Below are positions 55,201 through 64,000 of a stretch of DNA of 64,000 nucleotides, piece by piece. Source of the DNA: Antedon mediterranea. Its lineage: Eukaryota; Animalia; Echinodermata. Position 1 is the first letter of the stretch, and the number at the start of each line of letters is the position of its first letter. The translations under genes were made by a program, and so were the position numbers. The stretch covers positions 11,408,001-11,472,000 of the forward strand of contig NC_092680.1 in assembly GCF_964355755.1 (NCBI RefSeq), written 5' to 3'. The notes under the pieces are model-generated. The model was not told the DNA's origin. It saw nothing but the letters and a program-made list of their open reading frames with translations, and made no database searches.

Positions 55201-58200
55201 TTCGAAAATCACAAAATGGTCTAAAACGTCTCCAAATGCGATTTGAAGCTATTCTGTACACTTTGATGTTTTGTGTGAAAAAGTTTTGTCGAAATGCTCA
55301 AAATGGTCTAAAACGTTTTTAAATACGATAATAAGCTATTTTGTGATCTTTGATGTTTTTGTGTGAAAAGTTTTATCGAAATGCTCAAAATGGTCTAAAA
55401 CGTTTTTAAAACGATATTAAGCTATTTTGTGCTCTTTGATGTTTTTGTGTAACCAAGTTTCATCGAAAATCACAAAATGGTCTAAAACGTCGCCAAATGC
55501 GATTTGAAGCTATTCTGTACACTTTGATGTTTTGTGTGAAAAAGTTTTGTCGAAATGCTTAAAATGGTCTAAAACGTTTTTAAAACGATATTAAGCTATT
55601 TTGTGCTCTTTGATGTTTTTGTGTAACCAAGTTTCATCGAAAATCACAAAATGGTCTAAAACGTCTCCAAATGCGATTTGAAGCTTTTCTAAGCACTTTG
55701 GTGTTTTTATGTTAACAAGTTTTTTCGAAAATCACAAAATGGTCTAAAACGTCTCCAAATGCGATTTGAAGCTCTTCTGTACACTTTGATGTTTTGTTTG
55801 AAAAAGTTTTGTCGAAATTTTCAAAATGGTCTAAAACGTTTTTAAATACGATATTAAGCTGTTTTGTGCACTTTGATGATTTGTGTGAAAAGTTTTAACG
55901 AAATGCTCAAAATGGTCTAAAACGGTTTCTAATGTGATTTTAAGCACTTTGATGTTTTTGTGTAACCAAGTTTTTTCGAAAATCACAAAATAGTCTAAAA
56001 CGTCTCCAAATGCGATTTGAAGCTTTTCTAAGCACTTTGGTGTTTTTATGTTAACAAGTTTTTTCGAAAATCACAAAATGGTCTAAAACGTCTCCAAATG
56101 CGATTTGAGGATATTCTGAGCACTTTGGTGTTTTTTTGTTAAAAAGTTTTTTCGAAAATCACAAAATGGTCTAAAACGTCTCCAAATGCGATTTGAAGCT
56201 ATTCTGTACACGAAGTTTTGTGTGAAAAAGTTTTGTCGAAATGCTCAAAATGGTCTAAAACGTTTTTAAAACGATATTAAGCTATTTTGTGCACTTTAAT
56301 GATTTGTGTGAAAAGTTTTACGAAATGCTCAAAATGGTCTAAAACGGTTTCTAATGTGATTTTAAGCACTTTGATGTTTTTGTGTAACCAAGTTTTTTCG
56401 AAAATCACAAAATGGTCTAAAACGTCTCCAAATGCGATTTCAAGCTTTTCTAAGCACTTTGGTGTTTTTATGTTAACAAGTTTTTTCGAAAATCACAAAA
56501 TGGTCTAAAACGTCTCCAAATGCGATTTGAAGCTTTTCTAAGCACTTTGGTGTTTTTATGTTAACAAGTTTTTTCGAAAATCTTGAAATGGTCTAAAATG
56601 TCTCCAAATGCGATTTGAAGCTATTCTGTACACTTTGATGTTTTGTGTGAAAAAGTTTTGTCGAAATGCTCAAAATGGTCTAAAACGTTTTTAAAACGAT
56701 ATTAAGCTATTTTGTGCACTTTAATGATTTGTGTGAAAAGTTTTACGAAATGCTCAAAATGGTCTAAAACGGTTTCTAATGTGATTTTAAGCACTTTGAT
56801 GTTTTTGTGTAACCAAGTTTTTTCGAAAATCACAAAATGGTCTAAAACGTCTCCAAATGCGATTTCAAGCTTTTCTAAGCACTTTGGTGTTTTTATGTTA
56901 ACAAGTTTTTTCGAAAATCACAAAATGGTCTAAAACGTCTCCAAATGCGATTTGAGGATATTCTGAGCACTTTGGTGTTTTTATGTTAAAAAGTTTTTTC
57001 GAAAATCACAAATTGGTCTAAAACGTCTCCAAATGCGATTTGAAGCTATTCTGTACACTTTGATGTTTTGTGTGAAAAAGTTTTGTCAAAATGCTCAAAA
57101 TGGTCTAAAACGTTTTTAAAACGATATTAAGCTATTTTGTGCTCTTTGATGTTTTTGTGTAACCAAGTTTCATCGAAATCAACAAAATGGTCTAATACGT
57201 CTCCAAATGCGATTTGAAGTTTTTCCAAGCACTTTGCTGTTTTTATGTTAACAAGTTTTTTCGAAAATCACAAAATGGTCTAAAACGTCTTCAAATGCGA
57301 TTTGAAGCTATTCTGTACACTTTGATGTTTTGTGTGAAAAAGTTTTGTCGAAATGCTCAAAATGGTCTAAAACGTTTTTAAATACGATATAAAGCTATTT
57401 TGTGATCTTTGATGTTTTTGTGTGAAAAGTTTTATCGAAATGCTCAAAATGGTCTAAAACGGTTTCTAATGCGATTTGAAGCTATTCTGTACCCTTTGAA
57501 GTTTTTTGTGAAAAAGTTTTCTCGAAATGCTCAAAATGGTCTAAAAAGTTTTTATATACCATATTAAGCTATTTTGTGCACTTTGATGTTTTTTGTGAAA
57601 AGTTTTATCGAAATGCTCAAAATGGTCTAAAACGGTTTCTATTGGGATTTTAAGCACTTTGATGATTTTGTGTAACCAAGTTTCATCGAAATGTACAAAA
57701 TGGTCTAAAACGTCTCCAAATGCGATTTGAAGCTATTCTAAGTACTTTTGTGTTTTTATGTTAACAAGTTTTTTCGAAAATCACAAAATGGTCTAAAACG
57801 TCTTCAAATGCGATTTGAAGCTATTCTGTACACTTTTATGTTTTGTGTGAAAAAGTTTTGTCGAAATTCTCAAAATGGTCTAAAACGTTTTTAAATACGA
57901 TATTAAGCTGTTTTGTGCACTTTGATGATTTGTGTGAAAAGTTTTAACGAAATGCTCAAAATGGTCAAAAACGGTTTCTAATGTGATTTTAAGCACTTTG
58001 ATGTTTTTGTGTAACCAAGTTTTTTCAAAAATCACAAAATGGTCTAAAACGTCTCCAAATGCGATTTGAAGCTTTTCTAAGCACTTTGGTGTTTTTATGT
58101 TAACAAGTTTTTTCGAAAATCACAAAATGGTCTAAAACGTCTCCAAATGCGATTTGAAGATATTCTGAGCACTTTGGTGTTTTTATGTTAAAAAGTTTTT

Positions 58201-61200
58201 TCGAAAATCACAAAATAGTCTAAAACGTCTCCAAATGCGATTTGAAGCTATTCTGTACACTTTGATGTTTTGTGTGAAAAAGTTTTGTCGAAATGCTCAA
58301 AATGGTCTAAAACGTTTTTAAAACGATATTAAGCTATTTTGTGCTCTTTGATGTTTTTGTGTAACCAAGTTTCATCGAAAATCACAAAATGGTCTAAAAC
58401 GTCTCAAAATGCGATTTGAAGCTTTTCTAAGCACTTTGGTGTTTTTATGTTAACAAGTTTTTTCGAAAATCACGAAATGGTTTAAAATATCTCCAAATGC
58501 GATTTGAAGATATTCTGAGCACTTTGGTGTTTTTATGTTAAAAAGTTTTTTCGAAAATCACAAAATGGTCTAAAACGTCTCCAAATGCGATTTGAAGCTC
58601 TTCTGTACACTTTGATGTTTTGTGTGAAAAAGTTTTGTCGAAATGCTCAAAATGGTCTAAAACGTTTTCAAATACGATATTAAGCTGTTTTGTGCACTTT
58701 GATGATTTGTGTGAAAAGTTTTAACGAAATCCTCAAAATGGTCTAAAACGGTTTCTAATGTGATTTTAAGCACTTTGATGTTTTTGTGTAACCAAGTTTT
58801 ATCGAAAATCACAAAATAGTCTAAAACGTCTCCAAATGCGATTTGAAGCTTTTCTAAGCACTTTGGTGTTTTTATGTTAACAAGTTTTTTCGAAAATCAC
58901 AAAATGGTCTAAAACGTCTCCAAATGCGATTTGAGGATATTCTGAGCACTTTGGTGTTTTTTTGTTAAAAAGTTTTTTCGAAAATCACAAAATGGTCTAA
59001 AACGTCTCCAAATGCGATTTGAAGCTATTCTGTACACTTTGATGTTTTGTGTGAAAAAGTTTTGTCGAAATGCTCAAAATGGTCTAAAACATTTTTAAAT
59101 ACGATATTAAGCTATTTTGTGATCTTTGATGTTTTTGTGTGAAAAGTTTTATCGAAATGCTCAAAATGGTCTAAAACGGTTTCTATTGTGATTTTAAGCA
59201 CTTTGATGATTTTGTGTAACCAAGTTTCATCGAAATGTACAAAATGGTCTAAAACGTCTCCAAATGCGATTTGAAGCTATTCTAAGTACTTTTGTGTTTT
59301 TATGTTAACAAGTTTTTTCGAAAATCACAAAATGGTCTAAAACGTCTTCAAATGCGATTTGAAGCTATTCTGTACACTTTGATGTTTTGTGTGAAAAAGT
59401 TTTGTCAAAATGCTCAAAATGGTCTAAAACGTTTTTAAAACGATATTAAGCTATTTTGTGCTCTTTGATGTTTTTGTGTAACCAAGTTTCATCGAAAATC
59501 ACAACATGGTCTAAAACGTCTCCAAATGCGATTTGAAGCTTTTCTAAGCACTTTGGTGTTTTTATGTTAACAAGTTTTTTCGAAAATCACAAAATGGTCT
59601 AAAACGTCTCCAAATGCGATTTGAAGCTCTTCTGTACACTTTGATGTTTTGTTTGAAAAAGTTTTGTCGAAATTCTCAAAATGGTCTAAAACGTTTTTAA
59701 ATTCGATATTAAGCTGTTTTGTGCACTTTGATGATTTGTGTGAAAAGTTTTAACGAAATGCTCAAAATGGTCAAAAACGGTTTCTAATATGATTTTAAGC
59801 ACTTTGATGTTTTTGTGTAACCAAGTTTTTTCGAAAATCACAAAATGGTCTAAAACGTCTCCAAATGCGATTTGAGGATATTCTGAGCACTTTGGTGTTT
59901 TTATGTTAAAAAGTTTTTTCGAAAATCACAAAATGGTCTAAAACGTCTCAAAATGCGATTTGAAGCTAATCTGTACACTTTGATGTTTTGTGTGAAAAAG
60001 TTTTGTCGAAATGCTCAAAATGGTCTAAAACGTTTTTAAAACGATATTAAGCTATTTTGTGCTCTTTGATGTTTTTGTGTAACCAAGTTTCATCGAAATC
60101 AACAAAATGGTCTAATACGTCTCCAAATGCGATTTGAAGCTTTTCCAAGCACTTTGCTGTTTTTATGTTAACAAGTTTTTTCGAAAATCACAAAATGGTC
60201 TAAAACGTCTTCAAATGCGATTTGAAGCTATTCTGTAGACTTTGATGTTTTGTGTGAAAAAGTTTTGTCGAAATGCTCAAAATGGTCTAAAACGTTTTTA
60301 AATACGATATTAAGCTATTTTGTGATCTTTGATGTTTTTGTGTGAAAAGTTTTATCAAAATGCTCAAAGTGGTCTGAAACGGTTTCTAATGCGATTTGAA
60401 GCTATTCTGTACACTTTGAAGTTTTGTGTGAAAAAGTTTTCTCGAAATGCTCAAAATGGTCTAAAACGTTTTTATATACCATATTAAGCTATTTTGTGCA
60501 CTTTGATGTTTTTTGTGAAAAGTTTTATCGAAATGCTCAAAATGGTCTAAAACGGTTTCTATTGGGATTTTAAGCACTTTGATGATTTTGTGTAACCAAG
60601 TTTCATCGAAATGTACAAAATGGTCTAAAACGTCTCCAAATGCGATTTGAAGCTATTCTAAGTACTTTTGTGTTTTTATGTTAACAAGTTTTTTCGAAAA
60701 TCACAAAATGGTCTAAAACGTCTTTCAAATGCGATTTGAAGCTATTCTGTACACTTTTATGTTTTGTGTGAAAAAGTTTTGTCGAAATTCTCAAAATGGT
60801 CTAAAACGTTTTTAAATACGATATTAAGCTGTTTTGTGCACTTTGATGATTTGTGTGAAAAGTTTTAACGAAATGCTCAAAATGGTCAAAAACGGTTTCT
60901 AATGTGATTTTAAGCACTTTGATGTTTTTGTGTAACCAAGTTTTTTCAAAAATCACAAAATGGTCTAAAACGTCTCCAAATGCGATTTGAAGCTTTTCTA
61001 AGCACTTTGGTGTTTTTATGTTAACAAGTTTTTTCGAAAATTACAAAATGGTCTAAAACGTCTCCAAATGCGATTTGAAGATATTCTGAGCACTTTGGTG
61101 TTTTTATGTTAAAAAGTTTTTTCGAAAATCACAAAATAGTCTAAAACGTCTCCAAATGCGATTTGAAGCTATTCTGTACACTTTGATGTTTTGTGTGAAA

Positions 61201-64000
61201 AAGTTTTGTCGAAATGCTCAAAATGGTCTAAAACGTTTTTAAAACGATATTAAGCTATTTTGTGCTCTTTGATGTTTTTTTGTAACCAAGTTTCATCGAA
61301 AATCACAAAATGGTCTAAAACGTCTCAAAATGCGATTTGAAGCTTTTCTAAGCACTTTGGTGTTTTTATGTTAACAAGTTTTTTCGAAAATCACGAAATG
61401 GTCTAAAATGTCTCCAAATGCGATTTGAAGATATTCTGAGCACTTTGGTGTTTTTATGTTAAAAAGTTTTTTCGAAAATCACAAAATGGTCTAAAACGTC
61501 TCCAAATGCGATTTGAAGCTCTTCTGTACACTTTGATGTTTTGTGTGAAAAAGTTTTGTCGAAATGCTCAAAATGGTCTAAAACGTTTTCAAATACGATA
61601 TTAAGCTGTTTTGTGCACTTTGATGATTTGTGTGAAAAGTTTTAACGAAATGCTCAAAATGGTCTAAAACGGTTTCTAATGTGATTTTAAGCACTTTGGT
61701 GTTTTTATGTTAACAAGTTTTTTCGAAAATCACAAAATGGTCTAAAACGTCTCCAAATGCGATTTGAGGATATTCTGAGCTCTTTGGTGTTTTTTTGTTA
61801 AAAAGTTTTTTCGAAAATCACAAAATGGTCTAAAACGTCTCCAAATGCGATTTGAAGCTATTCTGTACACTTTGATGTTTTGTGTGAAAAAGTTTTGTCG
61901 AAATGCTCAAAATGGTCTAAAACATTTTTAAATACGATATTAAGCTATTTTGTGATCTTTGATGTTTTTGTGTGAAAAGTTTTATCGAAATGCTCAAAAT
62001 GGTCTAAAACGGTTTCTATTGTGATTTTAAGCACTTTGATGATTTTGTGTAACCAAGTTTCATCGAAATGTACAAAATGGTCTAAAACGTCTTTAAATGC
62101 GATTTGAAGCTATTCTAAGTACTTTTGTGTTTTTATGTTAACAAGTTTTTTCGAAAATCACAAAATGGTCTAAAACGTCTTCAAATGCGATTTGAAGCTA
62201 TTCTGTACACTTTGATGTTTTGTGTGAAAAAGTTTTGTCAAAATGCTCAAAATGGTCTAAAACGTTTTTAAAACGATATTAAGCTATTTTGTGCTCTTTG
62301 ATGTTTTTGTGTAACCAAGTTTCATCGAAAATCACAACATTGTCTAAAACGTCTCCAAATGCGATTTGAAGCTTTTCTAAGCACTTTGGTGTTTTTATGT
62401 TAACAAGTTTTTTCGAAAATCACAAAATGGTCTAAAACGTCTCCAAATGCGATTTGAAGCTCTTCAGTACACTTTGATGTTTTGTTTGAAAAAGTTTTGT
62501 CGAAATTCTCAAAATGGTCTAAAACGTTTTTAAATTCGATATTAAGCTGTTTTGTGCACTTTGATGATTTGTGTGAAAAGTTTTAACGAAATGCTCAAAA
62601 TGGTCTAAAACGGTTTCTAATGTGATTTTAAGCACTTTGATGTTTTTGTGTAACCAAGTTTTTTCGAAAATCACAAAATAGTCTAAAACGTCTCCAAATG
62701 CGATTTGAAGCTTTTCTAAGCACTTTGGTGTTTTTATGTTAACAAGTTTTTTCGAAAATCACAAAATGGTCTAAAACGTCTCCAAATGCGATTTGAGGAT
62801 ATTCTGAGCACTTTGGTGTTTTTATGTTAATAAGTTTTTTCGAAAATCACAAAATGGTCTAAAACGTCTTCAAATGCGATTTGAAGCTATTCTGTAGACT
62901 TTGATGTTTTGTGTGAAAAAGTTTTGTCGAAATGCTCAAAATGGTCTAAAACGTTTTTAAATACGATATTAAGCTATTTTGTGATCTTTGATGTTTTTGT
63001 GTGAAAAGTTTTATCGAAATGCTCAAAATGGTCTAAAACGGTTTCTATTGTGATTTTAAGCACTTTGATGATTTTGTGTAACCAAGTTTCATCGAAATGT
63101 ACAAAATGGTCTAAAACGTCTCCAAATGCGATTTGAAGCTATTCTAAGTACTTTTGTGTTTTTATGTTAACAAGTTTTTTCGAAAATCACAAAATGGTCT
63201 AAAACGTCTTCAAATGCGATTTGAAGCTATTCTGTACACTTTGATGTTTTGTGTGAAAAAGTTTTGTCAAAATGCTCAAAATGGTCTAAAACGTTTTTAA
63301 AACGATATTAAGCTTTTTTGTGCTCTTTGATGTTTTTGTGTAACCAAGTTTCATCGAAAATCACAAAATGGTCTAAAACGTCTCCAAATGCGATTTGAAG
63401 CTTTTCTAAGCACTTTGGTGTTTTTATGTTAACAAGTTTTTTCGAAAATCACAAAATGGTCTAAATCGTCTCCAAATGCGATTTGAAGCTCTTCTGTACA
63501 CTTTGATGTTTTGTTTGAAAAAGTTTTGTCGAAATTCTCAAAATGGTCTAAAACGTTTTTAAATACGATATTAAGCTGTTTTGTGCACTTTGATGATTTG
63601 TGTGAAAAGTTTTAACGAAATGCTCAAAATGGTCTAAAACGGTTTCTAATGTGATTTTAAGCACTTTGATGTTTTTGTGTAACCAAGTTTTTTCGAAAAT
63701 CACAAAATAGTCTAAAACGTCTCCAAATGCGATTTGAAGCTTTTCTAAGCACTTTGGTGTTTTTATGTTAACAAGTTTTTTCGAAAATCACAAAATGGTC
63801 GAAAACGTCTCAAAATGCGATTTGAGGATATTCTGAGCACTTTGGTGTTTTTTTGTTAAAAAGTTTTTTCGAAAATCACAAAATGGTCTAAAACGTCTCC
63901 AAATGCGATTTGAAGCTATTCTGTACACTTTGATGTTTTGTGTGAAAAAGTTTTGTCGAAATGCTCAAAATGGTCTAAAACGTTTTTAAATACGATAATA
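43236..64000 (+). repeat. Near-identical tandem duplication of a 12,976-bp unit (43236-56211; second copy from 56212, truncated by the window end)
   Basis: Constant offset 12976: ORF-track pairs 43311/56287 and 43736/56712, aaaattac 48065/61041, acattgtc 49361/62337, ataata 51019/63995. Confidence 0.93.
47899..52990 (+). repeat. Dispersed copy of window start 1-~5095 (offset 47898); a third copy lies at 60875-64000
   Basis: aaaattac 167/48065/61041, acattgtc 1463/49361/62337, ataataaact 3121/51019, and the ttttatgtg and tttttttgaa variants are shared. Identity breaks near 5095 (aaatatc versus aaatgtc). Confidence 0.88.

Larger units (their letters stand above)
1..64000 (+). repeat. AT-rich tandem satellite DNA array with a ~87-bp monomer (78/86/87/88-bp classes), running off both window ends
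   Basis: The anchor aaaat(g/a)gtc recurs at 5, 83, 171, 259, 346, 433, 521, 609, 696, 782, 860 (spacings 78, 88, 88, 87, 87, 88, 88, 87, 86, 78) and continues in the same orientation to the end. The typical 88-mer is aaaatggtctaaaacgtctccaaatgcgatttgaagcttttctaagcactttggtgtttttatgttaacaagttttttcgaaaatcac. No non-repeat sequence was seen. Confidence 0.99.

Noticed and set aside
18456-56933. Seven near-identical 73-aa ORFs (MCTLMICVKSF...)
   Set aside because: They lie wholly within satellite monomers, start at TTG, are internally repetitive (KWSKT recurs once per monomer), show no recognisable domain and exist only because of satellite point variants.
1-64000. CRISPR array or other repeat-spacer system
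   Set aside because: The variable parts are homologous to each other and fall into a few recurring types. There are no unique spacers, leader or cas genes.
1-64000. Repeat-protein gene or antigenic-variation cassette array
   Set aside because: Unit lengths 88 and 86 break the reading frame, stop codons are frequent, and the ORF track has nothing above 81 aa.
1-64000. Tandem tRNA, 5S, snRNA or spliced-leader gene array; telomeric repeat
   Set aside because: I could not recognise a cloverleaf, A/B boxes, 5S or SL sequence, or a short G-rich telomere motif. An Rfam/Infernal scan would be the formal test.
1-64000. Transposon insertion or orientation switch inside the array
   Set aside because: Reading through, I found no non-satellite segment and no reverse-complement monomer (gttttagaccatttt).

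Overview
The whole 64-kb window is one uninterrupted, AT-rich, head-to-tail tandem satellite array on a single strand orientation. I see no genes, RNA genes, transposon insertions, inversions or CRISPR spacers. The monomer is about 87 bp (length classes 88, 87, 86 and 78 bp; roughly 740-750 copies by estimate), starting aaaatggtctaaaacg. About 7-9 recurring monomer types form variable higher-order repeats (HORs), measured at 425, 777, 864 and 1029 bp. These are nested inside kb-scale duplications traced by shared rare variants (tandem offsets 601, 773, 3786, 4309 and 12976 bp; dispersed offsets 10338, 14375, 17091/17692, 18579, 24855, 33523, 47898 and 60874 bp). The architecture resembles a eukaryotic centromeric or pericentromeric satellite, but that is inference and I cannot name the organism or the satellite family. 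All listed ORFs are chance read-throughs of the repeat. I found no new gene-based system; the interest lies in the array architecture and its recombination record. Block boundaries were placed by eye and are approximate.
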